Assembly: GCA_963696615.1 (NCBI GenBank)
Contig: CAVOKU010000003.1
Location: 537,552 to 601,551 of the forward strand
Length of the DNA stretch: 64,000 nucleotides
Origin: an uncultured Solirubrobacterales bacterium
GTDB taxonomy: Bacteria; Actinomycetota; Thermoleophilia; Solirubrobacterales; Solirubrobacteraceae
Direction of reading: 5' to 3'
Made by a program: the position numbers and the translations under genes. Each line of letters begins with the position of its first letter. Positions within the stretch are counted from its first letter, which is position 1. A model generated the notes under the pieces. That model did not search any database and was not told the origin of the DNA. It saw only the letters and a program-made list of their open reading frames with translations. Positions 9,333-17,545 of this stretch are shown here, piece by piece.

Positions 9333-10403
9333 TCAGGCGATCGCGGTCGCCCGGACGTGAGCTAGCAGTGCATCGAAGTTCTCCTGCAGCACTCGGCGCA
9401 CCCGCCCACTCGCGACGCGCATCATCATCGCCTGCCGGCGGCCACCGCGGAGTGCGATCCGCCACTCGATGTGCGTACGTGCGCCGTCATCCAATGGCGC
9501 TAGTGACACCGTCCAAACGCAGGCGCCGGCGGGATTGTGCTCGCGGAAGGTGTAGTGGTGCGGGGGCAGCCAGTCGATGATCTCCTGCTCGATCGTCGTG
9601 CGGCCGTGAACGCAATGGGTGACCGTGCCCACTCCGCGACCGCTCGATGGGTTCTGCTCTTGGATGTCGTCGACCCCGACACGCCAGCGCATCCCGTGTG
9701 CCGGGTCGGTCATCGCGGTCCAGACTTGCTGCGGCGGCGCATCGACGTCTGCCTCGAACAGCAGGGCAGCGTCCTCGCGCGCAACGACGTTACGACCGGT
9801 TGACTGCTCCGCGCGCCAGTGTGCCTCCAGGTCAACCAGCCCGCAGCCCACCTCGCCGATGTCCTCGTAATGCTCCACGTGGGAGAGGAGATCGGAGAGC
9901 CCCAGGACCTCCGCGCAGGTGTTGCTCACGAGCGCGTAGCCACGTAGCCCATGCGTTTCGGTAACCGTGTTCTTGAGCAGTCGATGGACAGTGATCACAT
10001 CGGAGCCGACGAGCTCGCGGCTACCCGCGACATCGTGCTCGACGAAGGAGCCGTAATGCGCCACGAACTTGAGCTCGAGCTCGGGTGTCCGCCTGCATGC
10101 CTCGCAGCTGCAGCTCGACGACAGCGCCACCGTGCGGCGGCGGCGGGCGAACGCTAGGTGGGTCGACTCCAGCGCGCCAAGCAGAGTGGCGCCGTCGATC
10201 GCCTCCCGCCCTGGCGACACGCAGAACACCGCGTCGCCCTCGAGCTTGGCCAGCGCCAGCGGCGGACAGAGCCCATCGGCGACCAGCCCGAGCAGATCGG
10301 CAAGAATGTCGTGGGAATGATCGAGCTCCACACGCGCCAGGAAAGCCGTGTAGCCGCTGATGTCGGCGAGCACTAGAAGGCCCTGTTGAACGGTCTCGGT
10401 CAT
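9333..10403 (-). CDS. DUF2652 (nucleotide-cyclase-like) domain fused to SRPBCC/START-like domain
   Basis: LADISGYT, KLEGDA and VITVHRLLK in the N-terminal half; VDAPPQQVWTAMTDP...IIDWLPPHHYTF in the C-terminal half. Confidence 0.8.
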   Translation of the reverse strand: MTETVQQGLLVLADISGYTAFLARVELDHSHDILADLLGLVADGLCPPLALAKLEGDAVFCVSPGREAIDGATLLGALESTHLAFARRRRTVALSSSCSCEACRRTPELELKFVAHYGSFVEHDVAGSRELVGSDVITVHRLLKNTVTETHGLRGYALVSNTCAEVLGLSDLLSHVEHYEDIGEVGCGLVDLEAHWRAEQSTGRNVVAREDAALLFEADVDAPPQQVWTAMTDPAHGMRWRVGVDDIQEQNPSSGRGVGTVTHCVHGRTTIEQEIIDWLPPHHYTFREHNPAGACVWTVSLAPLDDGARTHIEWRIALRGGRRQAMMMRVASGRVRRVLQENFDALLAHVRATAIA

Positions 10404-10454
10404 GGGACGCGTGCGGAGGCTAGCGCAACCATTTCTCCCGGCAATCGGGCCTGA

Positions 10455-10880
10455 GGGGGACCCGCCCGCGAGATCACGACGCGAGACGTGGAGGCGCTCC
10501 TGGCATCGGTTGCCGCCGAGGGCGTTTCACCAGGCACCGTGAACAAGGTCCGCGAAGTCATCAGCGCGATCTACAGCTTCGGCATGAGGAAGGCCACATT
10601 CGGCCTCTCCGAGAACCCCGCCGCCGAAGCCGACAAGCGCGCAGCTCCGAAGCCCGGCCCGCTCGCGTACTACAGCGCTGAGGAGGTAGAGGTGCTCGCG
10701 CGGGCGATGGAAGCTGGCAGCGGGGGCGCCCGGGACGGAGAGGCTGTCCGTGTATCGCCGCCTCACGGTGGGGCGCGCGCTCAGTGCCGGCGTGGAAACG
10801 TCCACGAAGTCCTGTCGTGTCCGCCAGGTGCCGATGCCTGACCAGACCGCCGCTGCTCTCAACAGCCTCCGCCAGTCCAT
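10455..10880 (+). pseudogene. Degraded tyrosine integrase fragment
   Basis: EITTRDVEALL...TVNKVREVISAIY...NPA...YYSAEEVE in one frame, then RRLTVGRALSAGVETSTKS...VPMP in another; no TGxRxGE motif and no HxxR/Y box. Confidence 0.75.
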
Positions 10881-11062
10881 CGACGCCCCTTTGACGCGCG
10901 CTTCGGCGTCCGGACGAGCAGCCGCGCCAAAACCTTCGTTTTGCCTCGACCTTCTTCGTTCTTCACAGCTTCTCGACTAGCCCGGCCACTAGCCGCAACT
11001 GGCCGAAGTGCTACCCAAAGACCCGCAGAGTCGGCTCGTCGCCGGGCGTCTTAAATCGCCGA

Positions 11063-11086
11063 AAAGGCCCGCATCTGCGGGCCTTT
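11063..11086 (-). terminator. Hairpin AAAGGCCCGC-ATCT-GCGGGCCTTT just downstream of the tRNA-3'-end remnant
   Basis: Perfect 10-bp stem with A/T-rich flanks. Confidence 0.75.
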
Positions 11087-11093
11087 CCGCGAG

Positions 11094-11106
11094 TAGCGGG
11101 GGCGGG
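11094..11106 (-). repeat. 13-bp copy of the tRNA-fMet 3' end (degenerate att site)
   Basis: TAGCGGGGGCGGG is identical to 31547-31559 (15 bp with flank); adjacent to the hairpin and the integrase remnant. Confidence 0.65.
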
Positions 11107-11406
11107 GTCTGTACGCATATCCCCGACGCTCCCAACCACCTCTGCGGCCGCATCTACCAGATCACGGAAGTGCGCAAGCTGCCATAAACACGGCGATTTC
11201 CAGTCTATTTGTGCTGCGAAGGCGTACCTCGGCCGCGGGCAGCGGTGCCGCCCAGTCAGTCGTTTCACGCTCAGTCCCGCGGCCTCTAAGGATTTCCTAA
11301 AGGGACGACGTCGCGATGCGACCACGAACAAGGGGAACGCGAGCGCGCCGGCGCGTGTCCGACCCCGCCAGCCCGGCACTCTCGCATCCGGCGAGTCCGA
11401 GCTGGG

Positions 11407-11730
11407 CTAGCCGCTCGCCTCGGCTTCCGCAATCCGTCCCGCCTCGCCGCGCTTTTCGACCACGACATAACTGGGGTAGACCTCGACAGTCGACTCGACG
11501 GCCGCTTCCTCATGCCCTGGGAGCACGACGAACCGGCGCGGATGGGTTCGGACGCGTGCGTACACGCCGATCGAGAGGTCGAGTACCCCACCGCAATCCA
11601 CGCGGACGCACTCGCATATGAAGGTGTCGGCCAAATCTCCGTTGCGTGGACGCTGATACTCGATCCTGTCGTTTATGCGCCGTGCCAGGGCCTCGTTCTG
11701 CGCCATCCGGCGCTTGCGTCGATTATCCAC
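11407..11730 (-). CDS. Small hypothetical protein with CEC-x4-C and PGHE motifs
   Basis: MDNRRKRRMAQNEALARRINDRI...FICECVRVDC...RRFVVLPGHEE...VVVEKRG; GTG start 11730. Confidence 0.7.
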   Translation of the reverse strand: MDNRRKRRMAQNEALARRINDRIEYQRPRNGDLADTFICECVRVDCGGVLDLSIGVYARVRTHPRRFVVLPGHEEAAVESTVEVYPSYVVVEKRGEAGRIAEAEASG

Positions 11731-11759
11731 TCCGGGATCATTCCACTGCGGGGAAATCG

Positions 11760-12347
11760 CTATCGGTACTGATCGATGAGCTGGCGTGCCATCGACTTGC
11801 CTCGCCGCGCGGCGTCCGCATCGCCCTCGGCTGCTACGACGATAGAGCCCTGCATGAGGATGTGCCACGAGTGCGCGAACGAATCGGTATCGCGCAGGCC
11901 GGCTTCATCGGCTAGGCGGCGTACGATTGCGCGGATCTGCTCGAGATGCCGAACGCTGGCGCCGCCTGCGGGATGGTTAGGGCCGAGTTCGAGCAGTACC
12001 TTGATGAACGAGCCCGCCTCGAAGTCGTCGCGATGGAACCACTCGTCGAGTACATCGAAGATGGCGAGTAGTCGCTCCTCGGGGTTCGAGCCGCGACGCA
12101 TGGCCCCGGCCTCAATGAGGTCTTTGGTCCAGCGCTGTTCGCGGAGGTCGAGGAATGCGAGCACGAGCGCATCCTTTGAGGGGAAGTGCCGGTACAGCGT
12201 CGCTGTCGCGACGCCGGCGCGCTCAGTCACCTCGTTGACCCCAACTGCTTGGATGCCGCTTCGCGAGAACAGCTCGTAGGCGGCATCCAGAATCCGCTCG
12301 CGGGCGCTCACCCCCGGCTCGGCCGGTTGGCGGTGGGTTTCAAGCAT
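11760..12347 (-). CDS. TetR/AcrR-family regulator
   Basis: ARERILDAAYELF...AGVATATLYRHFPSKDALV. Confidence 0.93.
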   Translation of the reverse strand: MLETHRQPAEPGVSARERILDAAYELFSRSGIQAVGVNEVTERAGVATATLYRHFPSKDALVLAFLDLREQRWTKDLIEAGAMRRGSNPEERLLAIFDVLDEWFHRDDFEAGSFIKVLLELGPNHPAGGASVRHLEQIRAIVRRLADEAGLRDTDSFAHSWHILMQGSIVVAAEGDADAARRGKSMARQLIDQYR

Positions 12348-12362
12348 GCATAAGAAGGGTAG
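12336..12362 (+). promoter_or_regulatory. SigF/SigB-type promoter candidate GGTTT-N16-GGGTAG
   Basis: GGTTT at 12336-12340 and GGGTAG at 12357-12362, upstream of the small-protein cluster. Confidence 0.55.
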
Positions 12363-12365
12363 CAC

Positions 12366-12406
12366 TAGAAAGAGCGCTCTCTATGTGATAGAAAGAGTGT
12401 TCTCTC
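12366..12406. promoter_or_regulatory. Two tandem imperfect palindromes (TAGAAAGAGCGCTCTCTA and TAGAAAGAGTGTTCTCTC), probable TetR operators
   Basis: Starts at 12366 and 12389; the first has the perfect core AGAGCGCTCT; both lie upstream of the divergent tetR. Confidence 0.7.
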
Positions 12407-12452
12407 TCCTCGCTTTGTGTGCTGAGGAGCATTCAACGGAATGGAGGGTCGT

Positions 12453-12608
12453 ATGGGGCTCATAGAGCTGCTTTTGATTGTCCTGGTAATCGCAGCCGTC
12501 GCAGGCGGGGTCGGCGTAAGCCCGCTGCTTTGGCTGCTGCTGGTGGTAGCCCTCGTGGTCTTCTTGACGGGCGGCGGATTCGGCTATCGCAGAGGTGGGC
12601 GGGTCTAG
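12453..12608 (+). CDS. 51-aa two-helix membrane peptide (MGLIELLLIVLVIAAVAGGVGVSPLLWLLLVVALVVFLTGGGFGYRRGGRV)
   Basis: GGAGG SD at 12443-12447; ATG...TAG; hydrophobic helices with a basic tail; below the ORF-track cutoff. Confidence 0.75.
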   Translation: MGLIELLLIVLVIAAVAGGVGVSPLLWLLLVVALVVFLTGGGFGYRRGGRV

Positions 12609-12610
12609 CT

Positions 12611-12817
12611 ATGACCCTCGGAACATCGATTTTCCTCATCGCCGTCGGCGCGATCATCCGCTACGCCGTCACATTTCAGGTGTCGGGCGTGTCGCGGCCA
12701 ACGATCGGCCTGATCCTCATCATCGCCGGCATCGTCGGTGTGGTGCTGTCGCTGTTCAATGCGGCCACCGCTCGACGGCGAGTAGCCGGCGGACCTTACG
12801 ACGAACGGCGCCTCTAG
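12611..12817 (+). CDS. DUF6458-like small membrane protein
   Basis: MTLGTSIFLIAVGAIIRYAV...IGLILIIAGIVGVVLSL. Confidence 0.8.
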   Translation: MTLGTSIFLIAVGAIIRYAVTFQVSGVSRPTIGLILIIAGIVGVVLSLFNAATARRRVAGGPYDERRL

Positions 12818-12883
12818 CGTCGTAGTGACTCCCCCTGCGGGCTGCGCCACCGTGCCCGGCAACAACCCAAACCAGGAGGGACT

Positions 12884-13066
12884 ATGACCGACAAGAACAT
12901 CGATCAAGTAAAGGGACGCGTAAAGGAGGCTGCCGGTGCCTTGACCGGAGATCGAGGCCTGAAGAACGAGGGACACGCCGACCAGGCAAAGGCGTCACTG
13001 AAGAAAGCCGTAGACCGGGTCGCCGAGACGGTAAAGGGACACAACCGAAGCAACGAGCGCGGGTAG
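12884..13066 (+). CDS. csbD: CsbD-family general stress protein
   Basis: DQVKGRVKEAAGALTGDRGLKNEGHADQAK; GGAGG SD. Confidence 0.9.
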   Translation: MTDKNIDQVKGRVKEAAGALTGDRGLKNEGHADQAKASLKKAVDRVAETVKGHNRSNERG

Positions 13067-13093
13067 CCATGAACGCGCCAAGTCGATCAAGCG

Positions 13094-13282
13094 TTGGGGG
13101 AGATGACCGTGCTCACCATCCTTCTCGTCCTCATCCTGCTGCTGACCGGCAGCGGGCTCGGTTTGAGACGTCGCGGACTCTCCGCGGCCTTTGGCTCCAG
13201 CGGCACGAGGACCCACCGCGCGCCTTCTCGGGCTAGACGTCTTTGCGTTAGCCACAGGGGCGCCCGGAACCCCGAAAACTAG
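13094..13282 (+). CDS. Possible small membrane protein (may be degenerate)
   Basis: TVLTILLVLILLLTGSGLGLRRR hydrophobic start; the C-terminal half looks like read-through. Confidence 0.35.
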   Translation: MGEMTVLTILLVLILLLTGSGLGLRRRGLSAAFGSSGTRTHRAPSRARRLCVSHRGARNPEN

Positions 13283-13297
13283 CTACAGGAGGAAACC

Positions 13298-13696
13298 GTG
13301 AACACAGGAACGATCATCGGAATTGCAATTGGTGCCGTGGTGGTGCTACTGCTCATCGCGCTCATCGCTCGCGTCGCGAACCGCAGGCGTGACGAACGTC
13401 GTCGTGAGCAGGCCGGCGAGCTTCGCCAGCAGGCCAGAAGCCGTTCGATCCAAGCGGAAAGTGCGCGCGCCTCGGCTGATGAGCAGGCTGCTCAAGCCAA
13501 GCGTGCTCAGGCTGAAGCTGAGGAGCGCGCTGCTCAGGCGCGGCAGGGACATGCGGCCGCAGAGCGACGGGCGGTCGAGGCTGAGCATCTGACCGAGTCT
13601 GCGCGCGATCAGCACGCGCAGGCACGGGCGATCGACCCGGACGCGAGCGACAGCGGCCAAGACGAGGCGCTCGCGATCAATGAACGCACGGCCTGA
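13298..13696 (+). CDS. Single-pass membrane protein with Ala/Gln/Arg-rich coiled coil
   Basis: AGGAGG SD, GTG start, N-terminal TM helix, heptad-like repeats. Confidence 0.8.
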   Translation: MNTGTIIGIAIGAVVVLLLIALIARVANRRRDERRREQAGELRQQARSRSIQAESARASADEQAAQAKRAQAEAEERAAQARQGHAAAERRAVEAEHLTESARDQHAQARAIDPDASDSGQDEALAINERTA

Positions 13697-13928
13697 CTGA
13701 CCGTTCGTGCGCCTGCGCACCCCTATCACACACGGTCTCAAGAAACTGCTTTCGCGGGACGAGCGAGCGTCCGGGCGAGCGCTGCGTTCACGCTCGCCCC
13801 GGACGAGACCCGAAGGGCAAGCACGGCCTTGGCCTGGTCGGGGTATGCGGGGGCCGTTCCCCTCCGACCGTGGCGAGCGAAGTCCGCGCGTGCGCCGCGC
13901 CGACGCAGGCGGCCCTGTCTCAACGGAT

Positions 13929-14549
13929 GTGCCGTTGCTGGGTACGCCGGACTCGCAGCAGGCGCAGGGCGAGACGCGCAACGAGACGCCGCTCGAGCGC
14001 CTCGACCGCAACCTCGAGGAGCTCACCGGCGAGCTGCGCGTCGTTGTGACCGGCGTGCAGGTTCTCTTTGCGTTCCTGCTAATCGTGCCCTTCAACGTCG
14101 GCTTCGCTCACAGCGGGGACTTCGAGCGAGCCGTGTACTTCGTCACGCTCATGCTCGCCGCACTCGCCGCCGTGTGCACGATCGCGCCCTCGGCCGAGCA
14201 CCGCTTCCTGTTCCGTCACGACGACAAGCACCACCTCGTGTTCAGCTCGAACCGCGTCGTGATCGCGGGCCTCGCGTTTCTCGCGCTTGCGATGTGCGGC
14301 TGCCTGCTGCTCGTCACGACAAAGCTATTCGGCGTAACCGCAGGCGCGCTCACGGCGAGCATCGGCGCGATCCCGTTCGCGCTGCTGTGGTTCATCAGGC
14401 CGACCGCTCGCCTGCGCGAGCTCGACGCCGAACAAAGCGACCCTCACCATCATCCTGCCGATATCCGTGCCGCCGGACCTCCGAAGCAGATTTCGAGTTG
14501 TCGCGGGCAGGTATCGGCCGGGCATACCGAAGACGGAAGGAGCCAGTGA
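13929..14549 (+). CDS. DUF6328-family membrane protein
   Basis: ETPLERLDRNLEELTGELRVVVTGVQVLFAFLL; start uncertain. Confidence 0.8.
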   Translation: MPLLGTPDSQQAQGETRNETPLERLDRNLEELTGELRVVVTGVQVLFAFLLIVPFNVGFAHSGDFERAVYFVTLMLAALAAVCTIAPSAEHRFLFRHDDKHHLVFSSNRVVIAGLAFLALAMCGCLLLVTTKLFGVTAGALTASIGAIPFALLWFIRPTARLRELDAEQSDPHHHPADIRAAGPPKQISSCRGQVSAGHTEDGRSQ

Positions 14550-14785
14550 TGGCCAAAAACCACGGCCCGAGCGTGAAGAACGACAAACAGTACGAAGGTC
14601 TACGCGAAAAGGGCATGAGCAAGGAACGGGCCGCCAGGATCGCCAACAGCCCCGGCGCCTCAAAACGCGGCGCCAAGAGTGCGGGTAGCGGCACCAAACG
14701 TCGCGCGGCCAGCCAAGGCGGGACCAAAGCGCAGAAGGCCACCGCGGGGCGCAAGGGCGGAAGGAAGACCGCCGGCAAGAGCTGA
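14549..14785 (+). CDS. Small basic Lys/Gly-rich protein (DUF7218-like)
   Basis: MAKNHGPSVKNDKQYEGLREKGMSKERAARIANS; AAGGAG SD. Confidence 0.8.
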   Translation: MAKNHGPSVKNDKQYEGLREKGMSKERAARIANSPGASKRGAKSAGSGTKRRAASQGGTKAQKATAGRKGGRKTAGKS

Positions 14786-14888
14786 TCCATACCGCGCTTT
14801 CGGGTTGACCGGTCGTTTGGGCACCGGCCCCGCTGGCTTACCCAATGAACGAAAGGCGAGCGTGTTGGAGGGCTGGCCTTCTGGGAAC

Positions 14889-15365
14889 CTAGTCCCCTCG
14901 CGGACTCTGAGAAGCGCCTCCCCGGGCGCGTCGCGCCGATGTCGCACGCGGAAGAGGTGCGGCGGGGTCACGGGCTTGGTGCGAGGCCAATGCGCTGAAG
15001 AGCGCTAGGCGGGCCGGAACCTCAGAGTCCTCGTCAACCAGGCAGGCCGCGCACGTACGGTGGTAGCCGTCTGCGATCTCCAACCTGTCGCGGCCGTCGT
15101 GGATGAGCAGAATCGGCGAGATCGGTGTGCCGTCAGCTATGCGCTCGAGCTTCTCGGCCACCTCACTGCTCTGCTTGCGCTTGAGCAGGGGTAACCGCGC
15201 GGCGCGCAGGATGTCCTTGGCTCGCCAGGCGCCCTCAGGTGCCTTACGCAAAAGTGCCACGGCGTCGCTCACCTCATCGGGCGCCAGCAGGAGCGACAGA
15301 TAGCTTCTCGTCGCCGCATAGTCCTTCTCCTCCGGCTCATCTAGCCACCTCGGCTTCTTCGCCAT
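14889..15365 (-). CDS. Hypothetical protein with a ParB/Sulfiredoxin-like C-terminal motif
   Basis: SPILLIH...LEIADGYHRTCA resembles the ParB/Srx (L/I)xDGxHR box; ATG 15365. Confidence 0.6.
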   Translation of the reverse strand: MAKKPRWLDEPEEKDYAATRSYLSLLLAPDEVSDAVALLRKAPEGAWRAKDILRAARLPLLKRKQSSEVAEKLERIADGTPISPILLIHDGRDRLEIADGYHRTCAACLVDEDSEVPARLALFSALASHQARDPAAPLPRATSARRARGGASQSPRGD

Positions 15366-15532
15366 CGCTCGCACAACGATAGCCCGATTGTGAGACGCAG
15401 CGATGGCCAGTAAAACGGGTCTCACGACTCGCGCGTCGGTGACGCAGCTTTCGCCGTTTGGGGCCCCGAGGCTCGACGGCGTGCTGCGTCTGGCGGCCGT
15501 CGTGCGTTGGTCGAAGCCACCGAGACGGGTCG

Positions 15533-16045
15533 TCATCCTCGTGGTGGTGGTCGTCGGTGCCCGGGTGGTCGGGGCAGTGGCGGGGGTTGCGGGCGTCGCG
15601 GCGGCGGCGCTCCTGACAGGATCGTGGCGACTTGAGGTAGGGCACGCGCGAGCGTGTCGGCCTCGGGGCGCGGGAGATCGGCGAGCATCGTCGACAGACG
15701 CTGGGTCAACAGTCGGTGGGCGGAGGCGAGGGTGTTCTGTCCGCGGGCGGTCAGCGTCAGCGTCTGGCGGCGGCGATCCTCCGTGAGCTCTTGGCGCGCG
15801 AGCAGGCCGGAGTCTGCGAGCCCGGCGATCAGTTGCGAGACGGCCGGTCCTGAGACGCCGGCGCGACGCGCGAGCTCCGAGCCCGACACCCCTTCCTCCG
15901 CGATGGCGCGCAGCGCGAGGAACTGGGCGACGGTGAGCGGCGGCTCGTGGCCAGCGAGCAGCCGCTCGATCCAGCGGCTCGCTAGCGGCGCGACCGTGAC
16001 GAGCGCGTCGGCGGCGGTCTTGGTTGGGCGGCGCAGCGCGGGCAT
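15533..16045 (-). CDS. MarR-family regulator with Pro-rich tail
   Basis: LTVAQFLALRAI...SELARRAGVSGPAVSQLIAGL...DRRRQTLTLT. Confidence 0.9.
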   Translation of the reverse strand: MPALRRPTKTAADALVTVAPLASRWIERLLAGHEPPLTVAQFLALRAIAEEGVSGSELARRAGVSGPAVSQLIAGLADSGLLARQELTEDRRRQTLTLTARGQNTLASAHRLLTQRLSTMLADLPRPEADTLARALPQVATILSGAPPPRRPQPPPLPRPPGHRRPPPRG

Positions 16046-16049
16046 TAGA

Positions 16050-16078
16050 TAAGTAGACTTAACATCTAAGGATGCTTA
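16050..16078. promoter_or_regulatory. Two TAAG-N4-CTTA boxes, probable MarR operator
   Basis: TAAGTAGACTTA at 16050-16061 and TAAGGATGCTTA at 16067-16078; AT-rich patch next to the marR start. Confidence 0.7.
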
Positions 16079-16145
16079 TCAGCGATGTCATTCTTGCATG
16101 CCAGCCTGAGGGCTGTCCTGGGCATCACGCACCGAGGCCCTCGTC

Positions 16146-16691
16146 ATGACCGGCGTGATCGCGCGGTTCGGGGTTCTCGGCGTGTTCCTGCTGATGGTGC
16201 CCGAGAGCGCCTGCATCCCCGTACCCAGCGAGGTCACGCTGCTGTTCTCTGGGTTCGCCGTCGATCAGGGGTGGATGAGCTTCGCGCTCGCAGTGCTCGC
16301 GGCGACCGCTGGGAATCTCGTCGGGTCACTGATCGCCTACGGCGTTGGCGCGACCGGCCACACGCAGCGCGTTCCGTTCGTAGGCGCAGTGCTTGCGCGG
16401 TCCGACGGCCTGTTCGAGCGCCACGGTGCTCGCGCCGTGTTCATCGCGCGCCTGTTGCCGCTCGCGCGCACGTTCGTATCCCTGCCCGCCGGAGCGCGGC
16501 GGACGCCGGTGCTGCCATTCATCGCGCTGACGACAGCCGGGTGCGCGCTTTGGGCACTGGCCTTCGTGCTGGCGGGCATGCTCGCTGGCAGCGCGTGGGC
16601 AACAGTCGGTTCACTCGTCGGACGCGTGCTGCTCGGCGTCGGCCTTCTCGTGCTCACAGCGGGTCTGTTGCGACGCCGCCCGCACCGGTAG
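16146..16691 (+). CDS. DedA-family membrane protein
   Basis: PESACIPVPSEVTLLFSG, GNLVGSLIAY and FIARLLPLARTFVSLPAG motifs. Confidence 0.9.
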   Translation: MTGVIARFGVLGVFLLMVPESACIPVPSEVTLLFSGFAVDQGWMSFALAVLAATAGNLVGSLIAYGVGATGHTQRVPFVGAVLARSDGLFERHGARAVFIARLLPLARTFVSLPAGARRTPVLPFIALTTAGCALWALAFVLAGMLAGSAWATVGSLVGRVLLGVGLLVLTAGLLRRRPHR

Positions 16692-16982
16692 CTCGGCGCA
16701 CGCACGGACCAGCTCCCTACGCGCCGGCCCATTTCCCCTGCCTTGGGATACCGCGAGCACGCACGCGGACGGGCCGTGCGTCCTCCGTTGCGGGTTGCAC
16801 GAGCATCTGGCGCGACGCTGACGCCGTCCCAGTCACGAACACCGACCCGGCGCTGGATGCTGCGCACCGAGCGAGACATTCGACACCGGCAGCGTGGAGC
16901 GGATACCGTTTGACAGCCTGCGGAAATCTCGTCAACCCCGCTACTAACAAACGCTCAAAAAGTGCCTATTTGCAGGGAAAAA

Positions 16983-17024
<42 letters not shown>

Positions 17025-17140
17025 GTCGCCAAAGGGGGTCAGGTGGGACCAGAGGACCCGTGTTTGCTGGGGTTAGCTCGGGTTCGGTGGGGTTGGATTT
17101 GCTCAAAACGGAACCTCGAATGGAACCCTGACAAGCCGGC

Positions 17141-17545
17141 TCACGCGCCGACGAGAACGCGCGCAAGCTCGATGAGCTCAGCTGTCGCCTCGCGCGCTTC
17201 GTCAACGCTGGCCTCCGCTACGAACCCAGCCGCGTAAGACGCCTCGCTTCTTCTCGACCGGGACGCGTCAAGGCGCTCAAGCAGGTCGTCTGTGTCTTGA
17301 TCAATCTCTGCGAGCGCGGCTTCGAGTCGCACGACGTGAGAACCCTCGCCCGAGGTCACCCGCAGGCCGGATGCCTGAAGGATCGCGTCGCACCCGGAGA
17401 TCACGGCGTTGTGGAGCAGCACGGACCGGGATTCCGAGCTGAGTCCTGGCGCGTCCGCGTCGCGCTGAAATTTCTCCGCCTGAGAGAGGAACGTGCGCGC
17501 CCCGAGCCGGTCTGCATGGACTTTCTCCACGCGGGCTTCGGTCAT
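17141..17545 (-). CDS. HEPN-domain protein (putative toxin)
   Basis: All-helical 134 aa with AVISGCDAIL, GSH and RSRRSEASY motifs; ATGA-coupled to the upstream MNT. Confidence 0.7.
   Translation of the reverse strand: MTEARVEKVHADRLGARTFLSQAEKFQRDADAPGLSSESRSVLLHNAVISGCDAILQASGLRVTSGEGSHVVRLEAALAEIDQDTDDLLERLDASRSRRSEASYAAGFVAEASVDEAREATAELIELARVLVGA

Larger units (their letters stand above)
11107..16982. mobile_element. Older 5.9-kb accessory segment between two att-like copies
   Basis: Bounded by tRNA-3'-end copies at 11094-11106 and 16983-17024; no intact integrase inside. Confidence 0.5.

Noticed and set aside
15403-15786. Plus-strand Val-rich ORF or repeat
   Set aside because: It is the reverse complement of the Pro-rich tail of the MarR protein
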